Source of the DNA: Phycisphaeraceae bacterium
Lineage (GTDB): Bacteria > Planctomycetota > Phycisphaerae > Phycisphaerales > Phycisphaeraceae
Length of the DNA: 64,000 nt
NCBI GenBank assembly: GCA_963674705.1
Contig: OY771506.1
Location: 3,936,001-4,000,000, forward strand
Direction: 5' to 3'
The position numbers were made by a program, and so were the translations under genes. The notes under the pieces are model-generated. The model saw only the letters and a list, made by a program, of their open reading frames with translations, was not told where the DNA came from and did no database searches. Each line of letters starts with the position of its first letter. Position 1 is the stretch's first letter. Positions 1-9,460 of this stretch are shown here, one piece after another.

Positions 1-794
1 ACTTCATCTCAGGCCAGCGGTTCCATCCGGACTACACCCGCGTCGGCGGGACCATGATGGAACTGCCTGACGAGGCAATGTTCAAAAAGATGGTCAAGAA
101 CTTCATCTTCGATCAGCTTCCACCGGCGATAAACGACATCCGCACGCTGCTGACGAATAACCGCATCTTCCGCGAACGGACCGAAGGTATCGGGACGATC
201 ACGCATGATGAAGCGGTCGCCTGGAGTCTGTCAGGCCCAGTGGCACGAGCGGCAGGGGTACGAAGGGATCTGCGTAAGGATGAGCCTTACCTGTGCTATG
301 CCGACAACTGGGACGGCATGGGCGCGAAGCCTGTGGAGTTCAAAGTCCCGATCGCGACGACCGGCGACGTGTTCGCCCGCTACCTGGTGCGTCTGGAAGA
401 GGTCGAGCAGTCGGTCTCGATCATTAAGCAACTCATCGACAACATCCCGGGCGGGCCGATGAATGTGGATTCGGACGGCAAGGCGATCAAGCCCAGCAAG
501 GCCGAAGTGTATGGCTCGATCGAAGGATTGATTCAGCACTTTGAACTGGTCATGACCAATCGCGGCTGGGAAGCGCCGATTGCGGAGGTGTATGCAGCGA
601 ACGAAACCGCCAACGGCGAGCTGGGCTTCTACATCGTCAGTGATGGTGGGCCGAGGCCGTGGCGTGCCCGTTGCCGGCCGCCGAGTTACATCAACTACCA
701 GGTGTTCGCCAAGATGATGGAAGGGCACCTGATTGCGGATGCCGTGGCGATCCTGGGCAGCTTGAACATCATCGCGGCGGAACTGGATCGTTAA
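1..794 (+). CDS. nuoD: NADH-quinone oxidoreductase subunit D (5'-truncated by window edge)
   Basis: The frame is open from the window start (FISGQRFHPDYTRVGG...). Motifs SGPVARAAG, GDVFARY, GELGFY, PWRARCRPPS and a C-terminal ELDR match the 49 kDa complex I subunit. nuoE follows. Confidence 0.95.
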   Translation, partial: FISGQRFHPDYTRVGGTMMELPDEAMFKKMVKNFIFDQLPPAINDIRTLLTNNRIFRERTEGIGTITHDEAVAWSLSGPVARAAGVRRDLRKDEPYLCYADNWDGMGAKPVEFKVPIATTGDVFARYLVRLEEVEQSVSIIKQLIDNIPGGPMNVDSDGKAIKPSKAEVYGSIEGLIQHFELVMTNRGWEAPIAEVYAANETANGELGFYIVSDGGPRPWRARCRPPSYINYQVFAKMMEGHLIADAVAILGSLNIIAAELDR

Positions 795-850
795 CCGATT
801 CGTGAACTGTTCCGGCGATACCATCGCCGGCTTTGTAATGGGAAAGAACC

Positions 851-1375
851 ATGGCCTGGATTGCCAAAAACTCGGCGACGATGCAGATCGATCGACGGGA
901 TCAGCCTTACCTGACTGACGACCTGAAGCAGCAACTGGAGTCTGAGATCCTGCCACGTTATGACACGCGTCAGGCGGCGACGATGCCCGCACTGCACCTC
1001 GTGCAGGACACGCACGGCTGGCTACCGCACCAGGCGATCGAAGAGATCGCCGACTTCCTCGGGCTGACCTCTAGCCAGGTCATGGATACCGCAACATTCT
1101 ACGAAGAATACTGGCTCAAACCACACGGCAAGTACGTGATCTGGGTCTGCCAGTCGCTGAGCTGTGAATTGATGGGTCAACAGGAACTGGTCGCCAAGCT
1201 CGAGGCACATCTGGGGATCAAGGTTGGTGAGACGACCGATGATGGCAGGTTCACGCTGATGGATGTCGAATGCCTCGGCAGTTGTGGCACGGCACCGTGT
1301 GCACTGGTCAACCACGATCTGCACGAAAACATTAACGCGGACAACTTCAAGCGCGTGCTGGATGCATTGGAGTAG
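851..1375 (+). CDS. nuoE: NADH-quinone oxidoreductase subunit E (2Fe-2S)
   Basis: CQSLSC...ECLGSCGTAP Cys ligands and the ATFY motif; lies between nuoD and nuoF. Confidence 0.95.
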   Translation: MAWIAKNSATMQIDRRDQPYLTDDLKQQLESEILPRYDTRQAATMPALHLVQDTHGWLPHQAIEEIADFLGLTSSQVMDTATFYEEYWLKPHGKYVIWVCQSLSCELMGQQELVAKLEAHLGIKVGETTDDGRFTLMDVECLGSCGTAPCALVNHDLHENINADNFKRVLDALE

Positions 1376-1378
1376 TCG

Positions 1379-1564
1379 ATGGGCTGGTTCACCCGGCTGT
1401 GCCGGAACACGGGCCTGATGGTCCACCACATTGCCAAGCCCGCGAAGGGTGAGAAGCATGTAGTGAGACACGAGACCGAAGAAAAGCAGGTCAACGAAAA
1501 CGTGACCCTGCGACGAACCACGATCGAAGAGATTGAGGTCAGGAAAGATAATGCGAGAGAGTGA
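1379..1564 (+). CDS. Small hypothetical protein (61 aa) within the nuo cluster
   Basis: ATG 3 nt after the nuoE stop with GGAG upstream; fills the gap on the operon strand; no recognisable family. Confidence 0.6.
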   Translation: MGWFTRLCRNTGLMVHHIAKPAKGEKHVVRHETEEKQVNENVTLRRTTIEEIEVRKDNARE

Positions 1565-1612
1565 GTTAGAGCAATACTTGGTTGTTGATCAAGAAAACCC
1601 GGGAACAATCTT

Positions 1613-1828
1613 ATGCTCCAACTCGCCTTTGTTCAGATCGGTGATACTGAATTTGTACTGTTACTCGGCTTTGGGGGTATTATCGTAACGCTGGGCGTGA
1701 TGATTCTCTGGTTAAAGGCACTCGTTAAAACGATTGATTCCCAAAACGAACTCACACGCAGATTGATGAATGAACTTGTAAAAGCCTCCAGCAACAAGCC
1801 AGACGATGCGGAAAACGCACGGAAGTAA
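1613..1828 (+). CDS. Small single-pass membrane protein (71 aa)
   Basis: Hydrophobic helix FVLLLGFGGIIVTLGVMILWL; ends 6 nt before nuoF; visibly more AT-rich than the nuo genes. Confidence 0.6.
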   Translation: MLQLAFVQIGDTEFVLLLGFGGIIVTLGVMILWLKALVKTIDSQNELTRRLMNELVKASSNKPDDAENARK

Positions 1829-1834
1829 GAAGCA

Positions 1835-3208
1835 ATGACGACCCTGAAAGAACCCGTCCTGACCAAGCGCATCCCGACCCACCCGTGGGGTGATCCGGCC
1901 GACCGGAAAGTCGTGACGTATGACGAGTACGTGAAGACCGGCGGATACAAGGGGCTGGAGAACGCGCTGGGGATGGACCCGAAGGATGTGGTCGACCTGG
2001 TGAAGTCGGCCGAGGTACGTGGCCGCGGCGGTGCGGGTTTCCCGGCGGGGATGAAGTGGAGCTTCCTGCCGCCGGAGGATGGTGGGCGTCGTTACCTGAC
2101 GATCAACTCCGACGAGTCCGAGCCCGGTACGTTCAAAGACCGGCTGCTGATCGACTTCGATCCCCACATCATCATAGAAGGCATCGCCATCTGCATGCAC
2201 GCCTGCCGGCTGGATACGGCGTACTTCTACATCCGTGGTGAATATCATCATCAGCGAGAAGTCTTCGAGGCAGCGATCAAGGAAGCCTACGAAAACAAGG
2301 TACTCGGACCCGATTCCCGTCTGGGCAAGATCAACGACCGCTGGCCCGATCTGTTCCTGCATCGTGGCGCCGGTGCGTACGTGTGCGGCGAAGAGACGGC
2401 ATTGCTGGAATCGCTGGAAGGCAAGCGTGGTTGGCCTCGCATCAAGCCGCCATTCCCCGCGGTCGCCGGTGCGTTCGGTCGGCCGACGATTATCAATAAC
2501 GTCGAGACACTTGCGATCTGCACGCCGATCCTCGAACGCGGTGCGGACGGACCGAAGTGGTTCCAGTCGATGGGCACGCAACGGCCGGAAGGCGCGCCGC
2601 CACATGTCCCTGCCAGCTTCGGCCCGAAGCTGTTCGGCGTGTCGGGGCACGTGAACCGGCCCGGCGTCTACGAAGAAGAGTTGGGCATCACGCTCAAGGA
2701 TCTGATCGAAGGGCTCTGTCAAGGCATGCGTGGCGGTAAGAAGTTCAAATCCGCTATCCCCGGCGGCATCTCCACGGGCGTTCTCAGCACCGATGATTAC
2801 GAAGTCAAACTCGACTTTGATATCACCAAGTACGACACACTCGGACTCGGTACTGCGGGCGTCATGGTTATGGATGAAGACGTCTCCATGGTTGCTGTAG
2901 CCCGCAATATCGCAAGATTTTTCAGCCACGAATCCTGTGGCCAGTGCACGCCTTGCCGTGAGGGCACAAAGTGGATGTACAAGATGCTCGACCGCATCGA
3001 GGCCGGTGACGGCACGACCCACGACCTGGACCTGCTGCTGGAAATCGCCGGCTCGATGGGGGCGCTACCCTCCGGCCGTGGCGCCACGATCTGCGGCCTC
3101 GCCGACGGAGCGAACTGGGCGATCCGAACGATCGTAAACAAGTTCTGGCACGAATTCGAGGCGAAGGTCAGCAAGACGCATCTGGTGTCGCTGGCGGTCG
3201 TGAGTTGA
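1835..3208 (+). CDS. nuoF: NADH-quinone oxidoreductase subunit F
   Basis: RGRGGAGFP, DESEPGTFKDR, GAGAYVCGEETALLESLEG and ESCGQCTPCREG motifs. Confidence 0.96.
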   Translation: MTTLKEPVLTKRIPTHPWGDPADRKVVTYDEYVKTGGYKGLENALGMDPKDVVDLVKSAEVRGRGGAGFPAGMKWSFLPPEDGGRRYLTINSDESEPGTFKDRLLIDFDPHIIIEGIAICMHACRLDTAYFYIRGEYHHQREVFEAAIKEAYENKVLGPDSRLGKINDRWPDLFLHRGAGAYVCGEETALLESLEGKRGWPRIKPPFPAVAGAFGRPTIINNVETLAICTPILERGADGPKWFQSMGTQRPEGAPPHVPASFGPKLFGVSGHVNRPGVYEEELGITLKDLIEGLCQGMRGGKKFKSAIPGGISTGVLSTDDYEVKLDFDITKYDTLGLGTAGVMVMDEDVSMVAVARNIARFFSHESCGQCTPCREGTKWMYKMLDRIEAGDGTTHDLDLLLEIAGSMGALPSGRGATICGLADGANWAIRTIVNKFWHEFEAKVSKTHLVSLAVVS

Positions 3209-3321
3209 AATGTTCAGTGTTCGATAGGCAATGTTCAACCTGGATATAGCAAAAATTCCGGTTGATAATTGGAGTTTGGACTTTTCACATCCATAACACC
3301 CCGGCCTGCTATGATATCCAT

Positions 3322-3879
3322 ATGGACTCCCTCCAAGGCAAGCTGCTTTTAGCCGCGCCGGCGATGCAGGACCCGAACTTTGCACGTTCGGTGGTGCTGA
3401 TCGTTCGTCACGATGGAGACGGAGCGTTGGGCCTGGTGCTGAATCGGCCGACGGGGGCAATGGTGCGTGAGGCGATTTCGGATGAGAGTGGCTTCAAGTG
3501 CAGGACTGATGCGGTGCTGCTGCGGGGCGGACCTTGTGATGGACCTTTGATGGTCCTGCACGCTGATGAAGAGTTAGCCCAGGAGACGGTGCTGCCGGGC
3601 GTGTACTTCACGGTCGAGAGTGACCTGGTGCAGGAACTGCTTGGTAGTGAAGCGGAGGCGGTTCGGTTTTTCCACGGATACGCAGGTTGGGCGCCGGGGC
3701 AATTGGATGCCGAGTATGAGGCGGGGGGCTGGCTGCCATTAGAAGCGACGGTCGATAACGTGTTCGAGCCGGACATGGATACCGAGTCGTGGTCTGTCTT
3801 GATCAAGCAGCGTGGCCGGGAGGAGTTGAAGAATCAGATCAATCCCGATCTGATCCCACCGGACCCGTCGATGAACTAA
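3322..3879 (+). CDS. YqgE/AlgH family protein
   Basis: LLLAAPAMQDPNFARSVVL, GLVLNRP, GGP, GYAGWAPGQL and PSMN C-terminus. Start moved to ATG 3322. Confidence 0.92.
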   Translation: MDSLQGKLLLAAPAMQDPNFARSVVLIVRHDGDGALGLVLNRPTGAMVREAISDESGFKCRTDAVLLRGGPCDGPLMVLHADEELAQETVLPGVYFTVESDLVQELLGSEAEAVRFFHGYAGWAPGQLDAEYEAGGWLPLEATVDNVFEPDMDTESWSVLIKQRGREELKNQINPDLIPPDPSMN

Positions 3880-3979
3880 TCAACGTGCAAATAAATCTGT
3901 TTAGCGGGCGATCGCAGAACGCCGTGCAGAGTATTTGCATACGAGCGGATCTACGACCCGCTGCTAAACTGTCAGAACC

Positions 3980-5101
3980 ATGAGTGAAGATACATCACCA
4001 CACCTGGACGCGATTCCTACGGTTTGCAGCTTGATCGAGGATGGAATCAAGGCCGGCCGGCATCTGGGGGCACAAGTTTATGCATCGATCGATGGCAAAA
4101 CCGTCGCGGACGGTGGGATCGGATTAGCTCGACGCAATACGCCATTAACCAGCGATTCGATACCAATCTGGATGAGTGCGACCAAGCCGGTTACTGCGAT
4201 AGCATTAGCTCAGCAGTGGGAATTAGGCCGAATCGATCTGGATCGGCCTGTCGCCGATGAGATACCGGACTTTGCGCAGGGCGGCAAAGAGAAGATCACC
4301 CCTCGCCACCTGCTGACGCACACGGGTGGCTTTCGCGCTTCACGATTTCGTTCGCCTGATGATGACTGGGACAAGATTATCCGTCTGATCTGCCAGACGC
4401 CGATCGAGCACGGGTGGGTGCCCGGCGAGCGAGCGGGTTACCACATCCATTCGAGCTGGTTCATCATTGGCGAGCTGGTACGCCTCGCATCGGGCTTGGC
4501 TTATCGGGACTATGTGCGTGAGCAGATCTTGTTGCCGTTGAAGATGCAGGATTCCTGGATCGGCATGTCGCAGGAGTTTTATCAGGCTAATCGCAAGCGT
4601 ATCTGTGCGATGCCGAACATGGTGTCGAATCCTCCGACCCCGAGCGGTTTTGACACTGAGCGCTGGTGTATGGACTGTCGGCCGGGTGGTAGCGGTTATG
4701 GGCCCGTACGTGAACTGGTACGGTTCTACGAGATGATGCTCAACGGCGGAGAACTGGTTGGCGTTCGCATCATTGAGCCGGAGACTGTCGAGTTATTTAC
4801 AGATCGTCACCGGGAGAATATGCACGATCGAAGCTTCAACCACACCATCGACTGGGGGCTGGGCTTCACTATCAACTCGATTCATTACGGGGAATCCGAG
4901 CAGTTGCCTTACGGCTTCGGGCCTCACGCTTCACGGAACACGTTCGGTCATGCCGGTTATCAGTCTTCGATTGCGTTTGCGGACCCGGAACACAGGCTTG
5001 CTGCAGGCATCATATTCAACGGCATGCCGGGCGACCCGGCCCATCAGAAACGTGCTCATCAGGTGCTCGGCGCGTTATATACCGATCTGGGGCTGGTTTA
5101 A
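3980..5101 (+). CDS. Serine hydrolase, beta-lactamase/class C-like family
   Basis: SxxK (SATK), LLTHTGG, GY-H and FGHAG motifs; no signal peptide. Confidence 0.88.
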   Translation: MSEDTSPHLDAIPTVCSLIEDGIKAGRHLGAQVYASIDGKTVADGGIGLARRNTPLTSDSIPIWMSATKPVTAIALAQQWELGRIDLDRPVADEIPDFAQGGKEKITPRHLLTHTGGFRASRFRSPDDDWDKIIRLICQTPIEHGWVPGERAGYHIHSSWFIIGELVRLASGLAYRDYVREQILLPLKMQDSWIGMSQEFYQANRKRICAMPNMVSNPPTPSGFDTERWCMDCRPGGSGYGPVRELVRFYEMMLNGGELVGVRIIEPETVELFTDRHRENMHDRSFNHTIDWGLGFTINSIHYGESEQLPYGFGPHASRNTFGHAGYQSSIAFADPEHRLAAGIIFNGMPGDPAHQKRAHQVLGALYTDLGLV

Positions 5102-5105
5102 CGAA

Positions 5106-5312
5106 TCAGATAGGCACGTGTCGCGGCCCGGAAGGGCCATGATGGATACGCTGCACGGCCTCAGCGGTCAGGCTCATGAGCGTCTGCTCGTCCAGTTCGT
5201 TGATCAGTTGCTTGAGTTGGCGGTTAAGCGGGCGGTTTTGCCAGCGGTTGAATCCCGGCAGGTCTGAGATGAGGCGGTTAGCTGAAACATCCGTGTATGG
5301 GCGTGAATCCAT
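5106..5312 (-). CDS. Small hypothetical protein (68 aa)
   Basis: ATG 5312 preceded by AAGAAAGGA; converges on the hydrolase stop; helical composition. Confidence 0.45.
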   Translation of the reverse strand: MDSRPYTDVSANRLISDLPGFNRWQNRPLNRQLKQLINELDEQTLMSLTAEAVQRIHHGPSGPRHVPI

Positions 5313-5541
5313 CGGTGCCGATTCCTTTCTTAACTTGTCCCCTCCGCCCCGTTGTCGTTGGCCCCGTCTGTCCAAACACAATGATCGGCCCGTGATCTGT
5401 CGGGCTTAATCATGACACGAAGAATAAGTGAAACATCGCATCCATCTTGTCAATGTGCGTACGATTCGCGTATGCTTGTATAGTATTTGCGTATCAATAA
5501 AGACTTGAATTTAAAGGGAAAATGACGAGAGGTCGTGGGGT

Positions 5542-5973
5542 ATGAAAAGGCAAAGCATGAACCGGTCTATTGTGTATGGGCTACTTTTTATTTTATTCGG
5601 TGCTTATATCACCGGCTGCGAACCCAAGCCAAAGATTACGGATAAGAATGTTGAAGTGATTGATGATGTACAGGTTGCAGAGATGATCCAGAACAACGAC
5701 AAGCTTTTGATCATCGATACACGTCCGGATTACCGGTATCGCCTGGGGCACCTGCCCGGTGCGATCAATATCCCATTGCCTGAACTTGAACCAGATGACA
5801 GCCGGATCACGCCTGATAAGCACATTGTGGTCTATGGCGACGGCCCGCGCAACACGCTATCGCATGCGGCAGCGAAGAAACTCCTGACATCCAGTAAGTT
5901 AGTGGTTTACGACTTCCGCGGCGGCTACGAGTTATGGACCAAGAATGGGCGGGAAACCGTGGCGGGGTATTGA
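5542..5973 (+). CDS. Rhodanese-like domain lipoprotein lacking the catalytic Cys
   Basis: Lipobox ITGC; IIDTR, GHLPGAINIP and GGY..W motifs; the active-site loop reads VYGDG rather than VYCxxG. Confidence 0.8.
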   Translation: MKRQSMNRSIVYGLLFILFGAYITGCEPKPKITDKNVEVIDDVQVAEMIQNNDKLLIIDTRPDYRYRLGHLPGAINIPLPELEPDDSRITPDKHIVVYGDGPRNTLSHAAAKKLLTSSKLVVYDFRGGYELWTKNGRETVAGY

Positions 5974-5980
5974 TGATCAG

Positions 5981-6619
5981 CTAAGCGGCACGGATACGAA
6001 AGGGCGGTCGCGGCTGCTCTGGTTTGTCCGCGTCAACCTCAACCGCTTCTTCGATCGTTTCTTGTTCCGACTTCTCGGGCCATAGCCCGGCGATCAAGCA
6101 TATGATCGCAACCGCCAACAGGGCGTAGCGGCTAGGTCCACTCGTTATGCGTGTCATACGGGTATTGATCGGACGCAAGGGCTGGATGTCTTGGCCAACG
6201 ACCGGTAAAGGCGATGCCAGCCATGACTCAATTACTGCATCGTTTCCGGAGAAAGTTGGATCGTTAACTGTTACGTAGTTCGAACCTTGTACGCCTCCTG
6301 CAGGAGCGGATGCCAGCCACAGTCCGTCCATCAGCTTCTTATCAGCCGGTTTGTAGCGAAGGTGCGTGAACGCCAGACGTTCCAGCAGTGCCGGGTCATC
6401 AGATTCCAAAGCATCATAAAAGGCGGCGTAACGCTCACGTTGGGTCTGCATGCTCTCGGCTTGCAGTTTGAGCATGTCGCGTTGCCAGACCATCTCCCGC
6501 CAGCTTAGCCATTCGGGCGTGATCAGCGTCATCCCAAGCAAAATCAGTCCACCCAGCAGAGGTAACCACCCGGCCAGGGTGGAGAGCAATGTCTCAAGCG
6601 GATGTGGGCGCAACGACAT
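5981..6619 (-). CDS. Two-TM membrane protein with an FtsB/DivIC-like coiled coil
   Basis: N-terminal TM, heptad-like segment, DPALLERLAFTHL motif and a second TM near the C-terminus. Confidence 0.65.
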   Translation of the reverse strand: MSLRPHPLETLLSTLAGWLPLLGGLILLGMTLITPEWLSWREMVWQRDMLKLQAESMQTQRERYAAFYDALESDDPALLERLAFTHLRYKPADKKLMDGLWLASAPAGGVQGSNYVTVNDPTFSGNDAVIESWLASPLPVVGQDIQPLRPINTRMTRITSGPSRYALLAVAIICLIAGLWPEKSEQETIEEAVEVDADKPEQPRPPFRIRAA

Positions 6620-6832
6620 AAGCTAGTTATCGGCCGACCGGCATCTCTGGCAGTAGAAACAAACGATGTTCGCTACAGATCGAAAGCCAGCAATGCGCAA
6701 AAGACTTCATTAGTAGACTTGTTACTGACAACTTTTTGATTCACAAACACTTATTTACGTCATGCCGGACACCAAAACTCAAGCCTAATGAGATATACTC
6801 CGCATGTCACTTGAACATGGAGGCTATTCGGG

Positions 6833-8212
6833 ATGGCAAACGAAACCAGACGCGATTTTTTAAAACTTGCCGGCAGTCTTTCTGCCGGTGTCTTACTCGG
6901 GACAACTGGTTGTGCGAGCAGTTCCAAACCATTCGGGAAAATGCCCAAAGCTTCAGGCGGATCAGCGGTAGCTCTGACAGGCCAGCCGCTGGATACCGTT
7001 CGGGTCGGCATGATCGGTGTCGGTGACCGGGGCTCACAGCACATCCTCAAGCTTGTGCAGATCAAGCATGTGGAGATTGTTGCCCTCGCTGATCCCTATG
7101 TCTCCGCCGCCAAGAAGAATCAGATAATCTGCACCGAGCACGGGCATACCGCTCCGGACCTCTATACCAACGGGGAGCATGATTACAAACGCATGCTAGA
7201 ACGGGACGACATCGACGCTGTGTGGATATCCACGCCTTGGCGGTGGCATTGCCCTCAGGGGGTTGACGTCATGCTTGCGGGCAAGCACGCCTTCATCGAG
7301 GTGCCTATGGCTCTGACGATCGATGAACTTTGGAAGCTGGTCGATACCTGCGAGAAGACAGGTCAGCACTGCATGATGATGGAGAACGTCAACTTCGGCC
7401 GGGATGAGCTGCTCGCGCTGAACCTCTGTCGGCATGGCGTGCTCGGTGAGTTGACGCACGGTGAGGCAGCGTACATACATGACCTGCGCTACCAGATGAA
7501 AGATATCGACCACGATACCGGTTCCTGGCGTACCGCGTATCACACCAAGGAAAACGGCAACCTTTATCCGACCCACGGCCTTGGACCGGTCGCCCAGTAC
7601 ATGAATGTTGACCGAACTGATGACCGTTTCCATTCGATTGTGTCCATGAGTAGCCCCGCGCTAGGTCGGCAAAAGTTCGCTGAAGCAAACTTCCCGCCGG
7701 AGCATCCGAGGCGCAAGGCTAAATACATCAGCGGCGATATGAGTACGAGCATCATCAAGACGCATCTCGGCAGAACAATTATGGTGCAGTGGGACACAGC
7801 AACACCCCGGCCATACTCACGCCATAACCTGATCCAGGGGACGAACGGCATATTTGCCGGCTTCCCGACACGACTGGCCGTCGAAGGACGCGGCAGTTAT
7901 CACCACTGGACGCAGGGCGATGAGTTGAAGGAAGTTTACGAGGAGTACGAGCACCCGCTCTGGAAACGCATGGGCGAAGAGGCCGAGCGCGTCGGTGGGC
8001 ATGGCGGGATGGACTTCATTATGAACAGCCGGATCGTCGAGTGCCTGCGTAACGGCGAGCCGATGGATCAGAATGTGTATGAAGGTGCGAGCTGGTCATC
8101 AGTGCGGCCGCTTAGCGAGTGGTCGGTCGCCCATGGCGGGGCACCAATTATGTTCCCCGACTTTACGCGGGGCAAGTGGAAGAGCACGATGCCATTGGGA
8201 ATCGTTAGCTGA
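6833..8212 (+). CDS. GH109-type NAD+-dependent N-acetylhexosaminidase (Gfo/Idh/MocA fold), Tat-exported, probable lipoprotein
   Basis: TRRDFLK Tat motif and TTGC lipobox; IGVGDRG, STPWRWH, EVP, MMMEN, YPTHGLGP, GGHGGMD and FPDFTRG motifs. Confidence 0.9.
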   Translation: MANETRRDFLKLAGSLSAGVLLGTTGCASSSKPFGKMPKASGGSAVALTGQPLDTVRVGMIGVGDRGSQHILKLVQIKHVEIVALADPYVSAAKKNQIICTEHGHTAPDLYTNGEHDYKRMLERDDIDAVWISTPWRWHCPQGVDVMLAGKHAFIEVPMALTIDELWKLVDTCEKTGQHCMMMENVNFGRDELLALNLCRHGVLGELTHGEAAYIHDLRYQMKDIDHDTGSWRTAYHTKENGNLYPTHGLGPVAQYMNVDRTDDRFHSIVSMSSPALGRQKFAEANFPPEHPRRKAKYISGDMSTSIIKTHLGRTIMVQWDTATPRPYSRHNLIQGTNGIFAGFPTRLAVEGRGSYHHWTQGDELKEVYEEYEHPLWKRMGEEAERVGGHGGMDFIMNSRIVECLRNGEPMDQNVYEGASWSSVRPLSEWSVAHGGAPIMFPDFTRGKWKSTMPLGIVS

Positions 8213-8240
8213 CGATATCTTTCAAAGTATGCGCCATAGC

Positions 8241-8271
8241 AAAAGAAAAACCCCGGTGATGACCGGGGTCT
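8241..8271 (-). terminator. Intrinsic terminator between convergent genes
   Basis: ACCCCGGT-GATG-ACCGGGGT hairpin preceded by an A-run (U-run on the minus strand). Confidence 0.7.
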
Positions 8272-8319
8272 GGGGGGCATTCAGCCTGTGGTGGCAGGCT
8301 GATTGGTGGTATGTTTTTT

Positions 8320-9273
8320 TTAAAGATCAAGCTCGTTTTTGGCTGGCGGCGGTGGGGGAGGCGGGCCGTCATCCTGGCCACGCCGATTCCCTCGTGGGCC
8401 CTCGCCACGTCCTCGGCGATCGCCACGGTTTTCCTCACGGAACTTACGCATCTGCTCGATGTTCTTATCAAGCTGGGCCTGCTGTTCTTCGTTGAGGATT
8501 TCTTTCACCGCTTCGATCTTCTCATCGCGTGTCTTGTCGGAGCGGACGATATCACGTAATTGTTCCTTCTGTTCATCACTCAGGTTCAGGTTGCCGAACA
8601 GTCCGCCACCCGGGCCACGGCGTTGGGCGTCACGCGGCGGGCCGTCACCATCCGGCCCCATACCTTCACCTCGAGGTGGCCTATTGCCATCTGGGCCCAT
8701 CCCTTCACCCGGAGGCGGGCCATCGGGGCGACCTTCACGCATCTGCTCCATACGCTCACGTAACTTCGCGATCCGCTCGTCAAAAGTTGTTTGCTGTTCT
8801 TCGGTCAGCAGGGTACGGATCTGGTCATGTGTGGCGTCGGGCTTAGGCGCCGAATCCATCAACGCATGTACCTTCTCACGCAGGGCATCCATGGCTTCCT
8901 GATCGCCGCGTGCTTCTCGCATCTGCTCCCGAATCGCATCGAACTCTTCCTTGTGTTCTTCGTGCCAGGCGCGGCGTTCTTCGGCATGCGCCTTCATGAT
9001 CTCGCCGATCTGTGCCTTCTGTTCGTCTGTCAATTCCATCCCGGCAAACAGGCGTTTGAGAATTGCGCCGGGGTCACGTTGACCACGCATACCGCGTTCG
9101 CCCGCATCACCACCACGACGTGGGCCACGTTCGCCGTCGACCTGTTTACGCATAGGCCGATCGCCGTCCGGGGGGCCGTCATCTGCAGGTTGAGCAAGTG
9201 CGTATCCGCCACTTATTGCCAGCACGGAAGCAAGAATGAGTGTCCCGCCTTTGCTGTGTGTGTATCTGAACAT
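8320..9273 (-). CDS. Spy/CpxP-like periplasmic protein with LTxxQ motifs and Gly/Pro/Arg-rich linkers
   Basis: Signal peptide (ALA-QP); LTDEQ, LTEEQ, LSDEQ and LNEEQ motifs; duplicated GEGMGPDG. Confidence 0.8.
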   Translation of the reverse strand: MFRYTHSKGGTLILASVLAISGGYALAQPADDGPPDGDRPMRKQVDGERGPRRGGDAGERGMRGQRDPGAILKRLFAGMELTDEQKAQIGEIMKAHAEERRAWHEEHKEEFDAIREQMREARGDQEAMDALREKVHALMDSAPKPDATHDQIRTLLTEEQQTTFDERIAKLRERMEQMREGRPDGPPPGEGMGPDGNRPPRGEGMGPDGDGPPRDAQRRGPGGGLFGNLNLSDEQKEQLRDIVRSDKTRDEKIEAVKEILNEEQQAQLDKNIEQMRKFREENRGDRRGRGEGPRGNRRGQDDGPPPPPPPAKNELDL

Positions 9274-9460
9274 AATCTATTCCTTTCCAAGGTTGTGATG
9301 CTCTGTCTTAGTGCCCCAGTCAGGGGCTTCATACGGCATAACGGCCATACAAGCCCGTTATTGCATTCTTGTTTCATCTCATTGGTCTGTCGGCCTGACT
9401 GGCCTTATGATTGGCAAATTCACCCCGTGAAAACCTTATCGGTAATTTGGAGAAGTAACC

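Noticed and set aside
2740..2980. Slightly AT-richer codon patch inside nuoF suggesting recombination
   Set aside because: Too short and subtle to support by eye without a GC3 calculation.
231..3022. Long antisense ORFs (231-992, 1712-3022; likewise 12033-12869, 44031-44651, 44781-45473)
   Set aside because: They are shadows of well-supported genes caused by GC-rich codon bias and have no recognisable motifs.
3980..5101. Antibiotic-resistance beta-lactamase
   Set aside because: It has no signal peptide and the family is dominated by esterases and peptidases; activity cannot be inferred.
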